Positions 1 to 8,552 of a stretch of DNA of 24,000 bases are shown here, piece by piece (position 1 is the first letter of the stretch; each line of letters begins with the position of its first letter). Origin of the DNA: an uncultured Planctomycetota bacterium (lineage in GTDB: Bacteria > Planctomycetota > Planctomycetia > Pirellulales > Lacipirellulaceae); NCBI GenBank assembly GCA_963847905.1, contig CAWKBP010000007.1:61222-85221 (forward strand). The letters are read 5' to 3'. The notes under the pieces were generated by a model. It had not been told where the DNA came from. It saw only the letters and a list, made by a program, of their open reading frames with translations, and ran no database searches. The position numbers were made by a program, and so were the translations under genes.

Positions 1-1
1 G

Positions 2-67
2 GTGCAAGCCGGTCTGGCCGCGGGACTCGACAAGCAGATCGAACAGGCCATGAAGCACATGAAGTAG
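2..67 (+). CDS. 3' end of a CDS that starts upstream of the window (...VQAGLAAGLDKQIEQAMKHMK*); product unknown
   Basis: Frame 2 is open from the window edge to TAG at 65-67, with G/C-rich third codon positions like neighbouring genes. It is absent from the ORF track because it has no start in the window, and it is too short to assign a family. Confidence 0.35.
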   Translation: MQAGLAAGLDKQIEQAMKHMK

Positions 68-219
68 CTGGACTTCACACCCGACATTGCTAGCTATGGT
101 GCGGCGGTTTGGAGGACGCATTGGCCCCCGAATCGCCGCATTTTCTCTGGGCCCCGTCTCGACCAATTGCTACAAACCCTGCCGGTCGGCATTTCGTTCA
201 AGCCACTGCGGGGAAATCC

Positions 220-1263
220 ATGGCAGGTGTAGCATTGCGTTTCTGGGTGTCGGCGATTGTCGTTTTGGGAACGGTCGGTTCCGCGCGCGCTCAAGCTCAC
301 GATCCGACCCCGACCGAAGAGGAAGTTGCGGAACTTGCTGCACGCTATGCCAGGATCAACGAGCCGGCGCTTGTACAGAATTCGACCCCGCGAGCAATTC
401 AACCAGTCGCGTACGATGCCCCGTCCACAGCCCCGGGGCCGATGCTGCAAGCTCCGCGAGCCGCCACATTCGTACCTAGGATGGCCGGTGCCCCGAACTC
501 TTCGTCACCGCCAACTACAGACGAGTTGGTCATCCCGCCTTCCAGCGATGCTTGGTGTGTGCCACCGCAAGAATCTTGCCGTACCAGCAGTTGGACCGCG
601 GGCGTGGAGCTGATTCCTTCACGACCCCGCATTACCGATGGGCAATTTGGCCGCTGGGATGACGATGCCGGTGCGTTCGCGATGCGTGTTGTTCTCGGAT
701 ATGAGGACCCACAAGGAATCGGGATCCGCGCTCGTTTTTGGGGGCTCGGCCAAGAAGCGGAGGCACAGGCCGACGACGTCGACCTGGGCATGGGGACGTT
801 TCAACTCGATCTCTACAAGCGAATCTTCCTCGAGCGAGGCGAGATCGTGATCGGCGCGGGGCCCGCCAGCGCAGGACTCGAATTCGATCCGGCGTCCGAC
901 GGGCACTCCCGCTTCGAGGGGGCGGGTGGCGATGTTTTCGTCGACGGCTACTACGGGCTACTCTACTTTGAACGCTCCGAGTTGGGCGCCGTTGTCCGTG
1001 CCCGACATTCGATCTTGCTCGGCGACTGGCGTGACACGACCGGCGGCACCGTTGTTCCGCGAACGGATAACGACACGATGTCGATTACGGAACTTGCCTG
1101 GGGTCTCGAATATCGCCATCCGTTTGGCGCTTGTCAGGACCATAGCTGGTATGTCGGTGTGCTCGCCGAATATCAGCGTTGGCAGAGCGACTGGATGTCC
1201 AACCTGGCGGGAACATCGATCGGCGTGAGCGGCGTCAACATCTACACCGGTTTGAACTGGTGA
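220..1263 (+). CDS. Secreted beta-barrel-like outer membrane protein (hypothetical; reminiscent of planctomycetal BBP7-type barrels)
   Basis: ORF 109..1263. The internal ATG at 220 gives a classic signal peptide, MAGVALRFWVSAIVVLGTVGSARA/QA. The C-terminal half has alternating beta-strand-like segments and ends ...GVNIYTGLNW, a terminal aromatic typical of OMP barrels. The family assignment is from memory and was not searched. Confidence 0.6.
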   Translation: MAGVALRFWVSAIVVLGTVGSARAQAHDPTPTEEEVAELAARYARINEPALVQNSTPRAIQPVAYDAPSTAPGPMLQAPRAATFVPRMAGAPNSSSPPTTDELVIPPSSDAWCVPPQESCRTSSWTAGVELIPSRPRITDGQFGRWDDDAGAFAMRVVLGYEDPQGIGIRARFWGLGQEAEAQADDVDLGMGTFQLDLYKRIFLERGEIVIGAGPASAGLEFDPASDGHSRFEGAGGDVFVDGYYGLLYFERSELGAVVRARHSILLGDWRDTTGGTVVPRTDNDTMSITELAWGLEYRHPFGACQDHSWYVGVLAEYQRWQSDWMSNLAGTSIGVSGVNIYTGLNW

Positions 1264-1579
1264 TATCAACGCCGCCAATGACTGTGACCTAGATACGCCA
1301 ATTTGGCGCGACACCGCCAAACTTCACCCCTGGTAGCACGACATCTCGTCGCGCATCTCCCCCTTTCGTGGCATCTTTTGGCACAGTGGGCAGGATTTGT
1401 CGGCCGGCTAGACTTTTCCGCGCACGTTGAGCTGGCCGATTGTTTCTCGTAAGCCAAAGTAAGCGGTCAGCCTCACCGATTCGATGGTAGGGGCACGACT
1501 TGCACGAATCTTCCGACGGGGACGGCCGCGCCCGATGGCAATTGTCCCGTTTGGCAATCAAGAAGTAAGGAATCTCAGT

Positions 1580-2821
1580 ATGCAACGCACCTTCCGAATG
1601 ACACGCACGCATTTATCGCTGCTGGTAACCGCCGTCTTTGCTCTGAATCAACAAATCGTTGCTTATGGCGAAGAGGGCCTGCAACTGCGCGTGCCGCAAA
1701 GCTTCTCCAGCGCCTCTTCCGCGGCTGGAATGGACGATCACCATGCCAGCCAAGGACCTCTCGCCTACGACGAGGTCGAGGTGATCCGCGAACGTTATCC
1801 CGACGGCAAAATCAAGATCGAACGCCAAGTCACGCTCGACGCGGACGGCAATTACGTCAATCACGGACCTTGGAAGCTCTACTCGCCTGGCGAAATCATC
1901 GTCGCCGAGGGACAGTACGACATGGGCCAGCGAATCGGCAGCTGGACTCGCTGGCTCGGTCGCAACGACTCGCCGGTATTCGACCAATACCCGTTCAAGA
2001 GTTTCAAGCCGCCATTCGCATCGCAGGCGACGTTTAGCGAAGGCGTCATGGACGGAGAATGGATCGTCGTCGATGCCGACAACAAAAAGATGCTGCAAAT
2101 CTCCCTCTCGGCCGGCAAACGCAACGGCCTGATGATCACCTTCCTGCCCAATGGCAAGACCTTCCGTCAGTCCAGCTTCGACCAGGGCGTCCCCGTCGGC
2201 GATATAGTCGAAGCCGACGCCAAGTCAGGCGAACTCAAACGCATCGCCACCTACATCGACGGCCGCCGCATCATCACCAAGACGGCCAACTACAAACGCA
2301 ATCGCAACAACCGCAAGGGTGAAGAAGTCAAGAAGTCGGAGGAGATGTTCCTCGCCGCGACCACGGTCGAGAAAACGCCCGACAATTTCTGGAACGTTAC
2401 CCTCGCCGATTACGAATCGCAAGGCACCGACTTGCACCACGGCCCCTCGAAAATGTGGTTCGCCAACGGCAAGCTGCAAGTCGACGGCTTCTACCAACAG
2501 GACAAACGCTCCGGCACATTTACCTACTGGTACGAGAACGGACAGATTGCGGCCACCGGTGAGTACAGCAACGACTTGCCCAACGACGTGTGGGTCTGGT
2601 GGCACGAAAACGGCCAGAAGGCCGCCGTCGGCAAGTATCGGGAGGGCGCCCTGGTCGACGACTGGCGCTGGTGGAGTAACGACGGCAAGCTGGCTCAAGC
2701 CCGCACTTACGATGGCACGGAAGCGATTGCCTCCAACCCCAAGGAAGTGCTCGACCTCGGCCGCGGCCCCGAGGAGAAGAGTGTCGCCACGCGGCAAGCC
2801 AGCGGCGTGAAGACACGGTAG
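1580..2821 (+). CDS. Secreted MORN-repeat-variant protein (YwqK-like repeat family)
   Basis: ORF 1484..2821. The ATG at 1580 follows AAGGAA and gives the signal-like N-terminus MQRTFRMTRTHLSLLVTAVFALNQQIVAYG. Repeated G-x-W/Y-x-NG units are present: HGPWKLYSPGEIIVAEGQYDMGQRIGSWTRW, and WFANGKLQVDGFYQQDKRSGTFTYWYENGQIAATGEYSNDLPNDVWVWWHENGQKAAVGKYREGALVDDWRWWSNDGKL. Confidence 0.75.
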   Translation: MQRTFRMTRTHLSLLVTAVFALNQQIVAYGEEGLQLRVPQSFSSASSAAGMDDHHASQGPLAYDEVEVIRERYPDGKIKIERQVTLDADGNYVNHGPWKLYSPGEIIVAEGQYDMGQRIGSWTRWLGRNDSPVFDQYPFKSFKPPFASQATFSEGVMDGEWIVVDADNKKMLQISLSAGKRNGLMITFLPNGKTFRQSSFDQGVPVGDIVEADAKSGELKRIATYIDGRRIITKTANYKRNRNNRKGEEVKKSEEMFLAATTVEKTPDNFWNVTLADYESQGTDLHHGPSKMWFANGKLQVDGFYQQDKRSGTFTYWYENGQIAATGEYSNDLPNDVWVWWHENGQKAAVGKYREGALVDDWRWWSNDGKLAQARTYDGTEAIASNPKEVLDLGRGPEEKSVATRQASGVKTR

Positions 2822-2867
2822 CCACGCGTCGCGGCGCACGCGGACGCTTTACAAAAATCGTCTCATC

Positions 2868-2906
2868 CGCCCCGCCGGTCTCTCGATCGGCGGGGCGTTC
2901 TTCGTT
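2868..2906 (+). terminator. Rho-independent-type terminator after the MORN-repeat gene
   Basis: A 10-bp GC stem, CGCCCCGCCG (2868-2877) paired with CGGCGGGGCG (2888-2897), has a 10-nt loop and is followed directly by the T-rich tract TTCTTCGTT. It lies 47 nt after the stop codon. Confidence 0.6.
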
Positions 2907-3078
2907 GAATGGGGAAATGGGGAGCAAAGTCGCACACATTGTCGAGGTCTGAGCTACTTCCTCGCCTCGACGAAGTTTGCCACCGACTCGCGGTATCGCT
3001 ATGATGGGGGGAGGGCGTTGGCCCAATGGAAAAATCGATTGGGGACAATTGCGAACAACGAATTGGAGGGCGAAGCCG

Positions 3079-3867
3079 ATGAGGATGTTCTTCACACGTC
3101 GCCGCAAAGTTACTTTGCCAAAGGTGAAGCCGAAGCGCAGGTTGAAGGCTGCCTGTCTTACGTTGGGTCTGGCCACGGCCTGGGGCGGCGAAGCGGTAGC
3201 CGATGCGACGCTTAAGATCGAAATTACTCCGCAGCAAACGCTCACCAACGCGCTCGTTTATTATGGTAACAATATCTCGACCGGCGTGCTCCGCTCGTTG
3301 GGCACACTGCCAGGCGGCCAGACGTCCACGGTTTTTCACACTTTCATCGCCAACCAAGTCCCGTTCGAGGAGAGCTGGTCGTGGACCGCGGATTCATACG
3401 TTCCCGGCCTGGGTCATCAACCCGCGGTATACGCTGTGATCGGATTGTACGAGGGAGCGGAGGGCACGGGAGTTTCCGTTTCGTTTTCTAATGACGACCC
3501 GATCACGGCAATGGCGACATGGTCTTCGATTTTTGATCGGGACGATCAGATCACCGCTTACCGATACACAGAAGCCAGCATCGTCGACTACCTTCAGGAA
3601 ATCGACTTCTTTCCGAACTACCCCCAGGTCGTTCAAGAATCTGAAGTTAAGCGATTCCTGGAGTCGTATAGCTCGAACAGTCGTCCCTATTTACACAGTG
3701 AGTTGGCGACGGAATACGGTCAGTCTGCCACGCTCGTCAATTTCAGCGATGCTGCGTTCGGAGGCACAGTGATTGTCCAGCTTGTCCCTGAGCCGGCGAC
3801 GTGGTGTTTTCTCGTAAGCGTCGCTGGGATTGGGCTGGCTCGCTGTCGACGCCGTTCGGTGTGCTGA
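3079..3867 (+). CDS. PEP-CTERM sorting-domain secreted protein (exosortase substrate), function unknown
   Basis: ORF 2977..3867. The ATG at 3079 gives a basic N-region plus hydrophobic signal (MRMFFTRRRKVTLPKVKPKRRLKAACLTLGLATAWGGEAVA). The C-terminus, VPEPATWCFLVSVAGIGLARCRRRSVC, is the PEP motif, a TM helix and an Arg cluster. Third codon positions are visibly more A/T-rich than in flanking genes. Confidence 0.8.
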   Translation: MRMFFTRRRKVTLPKVKPKRRLKAACLTLGLATAWGGEAVADATLKIEITPQQTLTNALVYYGNNISTGVLRSLGTLPGGQTSTVFHTFIANQVPFEESWSWTADSYVPGLGHQPAVYAVIGLYEGAEGTGVSVSFSNDDPITAMATWSSIFDRDDQITAYRYTEASIVDYLQEIDFFPNYPQVVQESEVKRFLESYSSNSRPYLHSELATEYGQSATLVNFSDAAFGGTVIVQLVPEPATWCFLVSVAGIGLARCRRRSVC

Positions 3868-3868
3868 G

Positions 3869-5015
3869 ATGACATCGCTTTCGGTGGCCATCATCGCCCG
3901 GAACGAAGCGGCTAATCTGCCGCGGGCACTCGATTCTGTGCGGCAAGTCGCCGATGAAATCGTCGTTACCGACACCGGTTCGATCGACGACACGGTGGAG
4001 ATTGCCCGGCAGTACGGTGCCCGTGTCTCGCATTTCAATTGGTGCGACGATTTCGCGGCCGCCTACAACGCCTGCTTGGATCAGGCTCGCACGAACTGGG
4101 TGCTGTTGCTGGACGCCGATGAAGAACTGCTTGTCGAGAGCCGTGGCGAGCTTCGAAGTGCCATCGTGCGGCCCGGCGCTCGCTTACACCCTGCTTCGCC
4201 AGGACCTCGTGCAATTGGATCGTCCGAACGAATTCACGGAAATCCTGCAAACGCGGCTCATTCGCGTGCGGCCAGACTTGCGATTCATCGGTCGAATTCA
4301 TCATCAGTTTTCGACTCCGCTCGCGGCGATTGCCGTCCGTGAGAATTTGCAGGTGCTGCCGTCGACGATTCGGCTCCGACACTATGGCTATGCCGCCGGA
4401 TTGAAGAAAGAGAAGCTTGCCAGAGCGATCCGCCTCATGGAATTGGAACTGCGGGATCGCCCCAACCAATTTTACTTCCTCGTTGAATTGGGCCGCAGCT
4501 ATCTGGCCATGGGCGATCCGCGCGGCACCGATTTATTGTCGCAAGCCGCGGCCATTTTCCGCGACGATGCGTCTCGCGCATTGGAAGCCGGAGGCACCGC
4601 CGCGATGCTGCTTGAACACATCCTGGCTTGCGACGCCCTTCCCCCGAACTTTCCACTCGACCATTCGTCGGCCGAACATGCGTCGCTGCGATACTTCGCC
4701 AGCGCAATTCCCCTGCTCTGGCAAATCTCGCTGCGGCGCTTTAAGCAGCAACGGTTTGCCGAGTGTGCACAATTCCTGGAGCAGATCGGCGAGCTCGCCA
4801 AGTCAGGGAACTACGATCGCTTGGCTAGTTTTCAACCCAGCATCATGCGGGGCGACGCGATCTTGAATCTGGGGGTGTGTTATGTTCGTCTCGGTCGACT
4901 CGCCGACGCCAAACGTTGCTTCACCGATTTATTAGCGTATCCCGACTACGAACAGCGAGCCCAGCAAAATCTTGCCGCCATCCGCCAGCTCAGCGGTCGG
5001 CGATTTGCACGGTGA
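3869..5015 (+). pseudogene. GT2 family glycosyltransferase with C-terminal TPR-like region; reading frame broken as sequenced (about 4165-4175)
   Basis: The N-terminus in frame 2 is SVAIIARNEAANLPRALDSVRQVADEIVVTDTGSIDDT...WVLLLDADEEL, a GT2 fold with the DxD-like DAD motif. The continuation (ALAYTLLRQDLVQLDRPNEFTEILQTRLIR...HYGY, then TPR-like helices to the stop at 5015) is in frame 3 (ORF 3954..5015). The ATG at 3869 lies 1 nt after the PEP-CTERM gene stop. Confidence 0.8.
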
Positions 5016-5484
5016 TTCCATCTGGATCGGGAAAATAAACCCGATTGCCTTCGCGGCGCAGTCGCAGACCGGCCGCCGCCAATCGCTCCATTGCATCATC
5101 CGCGTCGTAATGGTCGATCCCGTAGCAATAGTGGTTGAGCCCCGGCTTCTCCCCGCGGAATAGCGTTAGAAAAAAGTCGCGGTCGGCACCCAGGAAAGAT
5201 GCGTTCTCGTCGCCGCGGATCACGCGCAGTCCGAGGTGCTTGCCGTAGAACTCGTTCGAGCGGGGAACGTCGGTCACGTCGAGTGCGATGTGGTCGAGCC
5301 CCTTCGCGGCAAACGTCGGTTTAACCGCGGTTGCTTCCTCGGATGCGGCCGTCTGTCCCCAACTCGCGTCTTGGAACGTCGCCAGCGCCGCCCCGAGTCC
5401 GACCAGTCGCGCCGCCAGTTGCCGCCGCGACAGCCGACCTTGCTCGAAATCGCCGACCAATTTCTCTGCCAAATCGGTATGCAT
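4990..5484 (-). CDS. VOC (glyoxalase/bleomycin-resistance/dioxygenase) family protein with Tat-like signal
   Basis: ORF 4990..5613. The ATG at 5484 gives MHTDLAEKLVGDFEQGRLSRRQLAARLVGLGAALATF, an SRRxL twin-arginine motif plus hydrophobic region. The VOC core is GLDHIALDVTDVPRSNEFYGKHLGLRV...NHYCYGIDHYD...YFPDPDGITVQI. Confidence 0.8.
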   Translation of the reverse strand: MHTDLAEKLVGDFEQGRLSRRQLAARLVGLGAALATFQDASWGQTAASEEATAVKPTFAAKGLDHIALDVTDVPRSNEFYGKHLGLRVIRGDENASFLGADRDFFLTLFRGEKPGLNHYCYGIDHYDADDAMERLAAAGLRLRREGNRVYFPDPDGITVQIADR

Positions 5485-5692
5485 CGCCGGTCTCCTGCTT
5501 TCGTGTGCTAAAGGTTCCTCGGGTGGCTCGTGGAATCCCCGTGATTCCGCTGTTTTTTTGAGGGCAAGCGAGCCACGCATGTTTTGGCAATGACTTACTC
5601 CGTGTGCCGCCAATTTGGCTCTTTCAACGTCCCGCCCTCAGCCGTGCGGCGTGCTATGTTTGTGGAGAACTTACTATAGCAGGGCCGATCCT

Positions 5693-5968
5693 ATGACCAC
5701 CGAAAATGCCTGGAAGGCGACGTTTTACAATTGGCCCGCCGGCATTCCCCGCCGCGGACTCGTCGTCAACAAACTCAACGAATCGATGCCGTTCAAGGCC
5801 TTCATGACCAAGGACGACACCGTGCTCCTGGAGCGGAGCAACCCCGATTCGCTCGGCGCCCGCTACATTCTCATTGGCTTCGACTCGATCGACTCGGTGA
5901 AATTCATCGACCCGATCAAGGAGTCGATCTTCACCACCGCCGGCTTCGTCGGCAAGCTCGCCCAGTAG
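5693..5968 (+). CDS. Small conserved-looking hypothetical protein (91 aa)
   Basis: ORF 5615..5968, with the first ATG at 5693 (MTTENAWKATFYNWPAGIPRRGLVVNKL...). It has strong G/C third-position bias and balanced, globular-looking composition. I recognised no family motif. Confidence 0.55.
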   Translation: MTTENAWKATFYNWPAGIPRRGLVVNKLNESMPFKAFMTKDDTVLLERSNPDSLGARYILIGFDSIDSVKFIDPIKESIFTTAGFVGKLAQ

Positions 5969-6133
5969 CGGCAAGGTGGCGTAGCATCCTCGCGGCAGAA
6001 ATGTCGCCAGAATCGGCTGGAGTCGTCGCCCGCAAGTGGTAGAATCGGTACGCTGGCCAGTCCCCGCCCTGCCCTCGCGGCGAGCACAGGGTCAGTATCG
6101 TCTCTCACTCGAATCTCAAATTGAGGAGTTCCT

Positions 6134-7012
6134 ATGAACGGCGGAAGAATCGTCCCGGTCGCGCTGCTGATCGTGTTGAGTTGCGTTTTGCGCTTCGCCC
6201 ACGCCGAGGAGCCGGCAGCCGCTCCGACACCTCCGGTAGCTCCCGCGGCAGCAGAACCGGCAGCAGCACCAGCGCCGGCTGCGAAGGCAGCGCCGGTTGA
6301 TCCTACGGGTTCCTGGAAATGGGAATACTCTTTCAACGACAATCCGGCCGAGTTCTTGCTGGATCTGAACTGGGACGGCAAGCAACTGACCGGCAAATAC
6401 ACAGCCTTCGACAACACGACGGACATCGAAGAAGCCACCTTCGAAGACAACAAACTCGCGTTCGTCTCGAAGCGCGAGTTCAACGGCAACGCTTTCACGG
6501 TCCATTTTAGCGGCGACGCCGAAGCGAACGACATCGTTGGCACCGTGGGGATCGACTTCGGCGACGGCCTGCGCAAATTCGACTGGCATGCCAACCGCGC
6601 CGTCGACGCCGGCGGCTTGCTCGGCACCTGGAAACTGCGACTGGAGACGCCGCAAGGCGTGATTGAACCCGAGCTCACCCTCACGCAAAAAGGCGACGAG
6701 CTGCAGGGCCGCTATTCCAGTGTCTTCGGCGAGCGCGACGCGAAAGACGTCGAGTTCAAAGACGGCGAGCTCACTTGGCGAATCGAATCCGGCGACGATG
6801 ATGAATTCGACTTCGAAGTGAAATATCGCGGCAAGCCGGACGGCAACAAGATCACCGGCAGCTGCGACTTTGATTTCGGCGGCAACACGGGCACGATGGA
6901 ATTCTCCGGCGAACGGACGCCGCCCGAGGAAAAAGTGGCCAAAGAGGCCAAAGACGAGCCAGTGAAAGAGTCCTCCGAGGCCGCGCCGTCCACGAGTGGC
7001 GTAGCGAAGTGA
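6134..7012 (+). CDS. Secreted protein with Ala/Pro-rich linker and two tandem homologous ~100-aa beta-rich domains; function unknown
   Basis: GAGGAG (6123-6128) lies 5 nt before the ATG at 6134. The signal peptide is MNGGRIVPVALLIVLSCVLRFAHA/EE. Domain 1 (GSWKWEYSF...LTGKYT...ATFEDNKLAFV...FSGDAEANDIVGTV) aligns with domain 2 (GTWKLRLET...LQGRYS...VEFKDGELTWRI...YRGKPDGNKITGSC). Confidence 0.8.
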   Translation: MNGGRIVPVALLIVLSCVLRFAHAEEPAAAPTPPVAPAAAEPAAAPAPAAKAAPVDPTGSWKWEYSFNDNPAEFLLDLNWDGKQLTGKYTAFDNTTDIEEATFEDNKLAFVSKREFNGNAFTVHFSGDAEANDIVGTVGIDFGDGLRKFDWHANRAVDAGGLLGTWKLRLETPQGVIEPELTLTQKGDELQGRYSSVFGERDAKDVEFKDGELTWRIESGDDDEFDFEVKYRGKPDGNKITGSCDFDFGGNTGTMEFSGERTPPEEKVAKEAKDEPVKESSEAAPSTSGVAK

Positions 7013-7094
7013 AAGTGCTCGTGGGGCGACGCTGGTAAGCCCTCGCGCGGCATTCCGCAACTCGATTGCCCAACTACTGGTCGAGTGGTCGGGA

Positions 7095-8465
7095 TCAAAG
7101 CAGCAACAACTTGGCAAACGAGAAGTAGATGATGATGCCCGTGGCATCGACCAAGGTGGCGACAAAGGGGCTCGAAGCGTAGCCAGGGTCGATCCCGGCC
7201 CGCTTGAACATCAGCGGCAGCATCGAGCCCAGGACCGTCCCCCACAGGCAAATGCAAGCCACCGACTGGCCGATCACCAGCGCCAACATCCAACGATTCA
7301 CGCCTTCGAGCGCACTACTGCTCGTAAACGACGCGAAAATAAAGCCCACGATGCCGACCGTCAGCCCCAGCGCCAGCCCCATCCACAATTCGTGCTTGAG
7401 GATTCGCCACCAGTCTCTGAGCGTTACGTCGCCCACCGCCAGCGCCCTGGTGATCAGCGTTGCCGCTTGGGCGCCCGAATTGCCGCCCGTCGAGATGCAG
7501 AGCGGAATGAACGTGGCGAGCACGACCACCGCCGCAATCGCGCCTTCAAAATAGTTCATTGCGGAGGTGACGAGCACCGCCTCGGCAACGAAGAAACCCG
7601 CCAGATAGAACGCTCGCTTGCGCCAAATCATGCTGAACGGCGCGTCGATGTAGCTTTCATCCATCGTCGCCACACCGGCTTGATGGAGCGCGTCCTCCGT
7701 GGCCTCTTCCACAACGACGTCGATCGCATCGTCGTGCGTGATGATGCCGACCAACCGGTGCTGCTCGTCGAGCACGGGGATGGCCAGGAAGTCGTATCGC
7801 TGCAAGAGTTTGGCCACCTCTTCCCGGTCGGCGTCGACCCGCACCGAGATCACTTCCATCTGCATGATGTCCGCGATCAGGGCCGCCGGCTTGGCGAGAA
7901 TCAAATGCCGCAGCGAGACAAATCCCAGCAGCCGCCGCGTCTCGTCGAGCACGTAGATGTAGTAGATCGTTTCCTTGTCGGATGCTTGCTTACGCAAGTC
8001 TTCGATCGCCTGGCCGACCGTCAGATCACGCGGCAGCCACGCGTAGTCCGTGGTCATCATCGCGCCGGCGCTGTCTTCCGGGTACGACAACAGCCGGCGG
8101 ATATCCTCCCGGTCGGCCTTCGCCACCAGCGGCAGCAAGTCGTCGACCACCTCGGGATCAAACTGCCGCAGCATCTCGACGCGGTCGTCGTGCGGCATCG
8201 CCTCAAGTAGCTTCGAGATCAAATGCCGCCCCGCGCCGGTCACCATCTCGACCTGCTTCGCGACCGGAAAGAACGCGAGAATTTCCGCCTGTCGGATCAC
8301 TGGCGCATGGTCCAGGAGCTGCCAGGTCTCTTCGACCGACAGGCCTTCGCTGAAGTCCGCGATTGTCGCGGGATGCAACTCACCCGCAACCTGCGCTAGC
8401 CCGGCATCGTCATGCTCGAGGAGCATCTCGCGCAGATCAGGTAGCACCAGTAAATTCGACATCAC
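7095..8465 (-). CDS. mgtE: Magnesium transporter MgtE
   Basis: The 456-aa ORF has the MgtE N-domain, a CBS pair (TTDYAWLPRDLTVGQAIEDLR..., VLDEQHRLVGIITHDDAIDVV) and a C-terminal 5-TM domain containing GGNSGAQAATL and PFVATLVDATGIIIYF. Confidence 0.95.
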   Translation of the reverse strand: MMSNLLVLPDLREMLLEHDDAGLAQVAGELHPATIADFSEGLSVEETWQLLDHAPVIRQAEILAFFPVAKQVEMVTGAGRHLISKLLEAMPHDDRVEMLRQFDPEVVDDLLPLVAKADREDIRRLLSYPEDSAGAMMTTDYAWLPRDLTVGQAIEDLRKQASDKETIYYIYVLDETRRLLGFVSLRHLILAKPAALIADIMQMEVISVRVDADREEVAKLLQRYDFLAIPVLDEQHRLVGIITHDDAIDVVVEEATEDALHQAGVATMDESYIDAPFSMIWRKRAFYLAGFFVAEAVLVTSAMNYFEGAIAAVVVLATFIPLCISTGGNSGAQAATLITRALAVGDVTLRDWWRILKHELWMGLALGLTVGIVGFIFASFTSSSALEGVNRWMLALVIGQSVACICLWGTVLGSMLPLMFKRAGIDPGYASSPFVATLVDATGIIIYFSFAKLLLL

Positions 8466-8552
8466 GCACCTCGGAATACGTAAAAAGATAGCTCAGTATG
8501 GCGGACGACGACACGCGAGGGAACCGGGCCAGACGCCATCGATTCGGCGGTC

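Noticed and set aside
1379-1394. Sigma-54-like TGGCAC upstream of the MORN-repeat gene
   Set aside because: The downstream GC element is at the wrong spacing (GG-N8-GC instead of GG-N10-GC) and there is no TTGC.
2520-3248. 242-aa minus-strand ORF spanning the MORN gene 3' end, the terminator and the PEP-CTERM gene start
   Set aside because: It crosses a terminator hairpin and two well-supported + strand genes. Its composition is Arg/Pro-rich, so it is a shadow or spurious ORF.
6116-7165. 349-aa minus-strand ORF overlapping the secreted tandem-domain gene
   Set aside because: It is a shadow ORF. The + strand ORF has an SD sequence, a signal peptide and internal domain duplication, while the minus translation is low-complexity and Arg/Ala-rich.
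8466-8552. M-box (Mg2+) riboswitch upstream of mgtE
   Set aside because: Only 88 nt separate mgtE from ymdB, too short for the ~170-nt M-box, and I saw no matching conserved helices.
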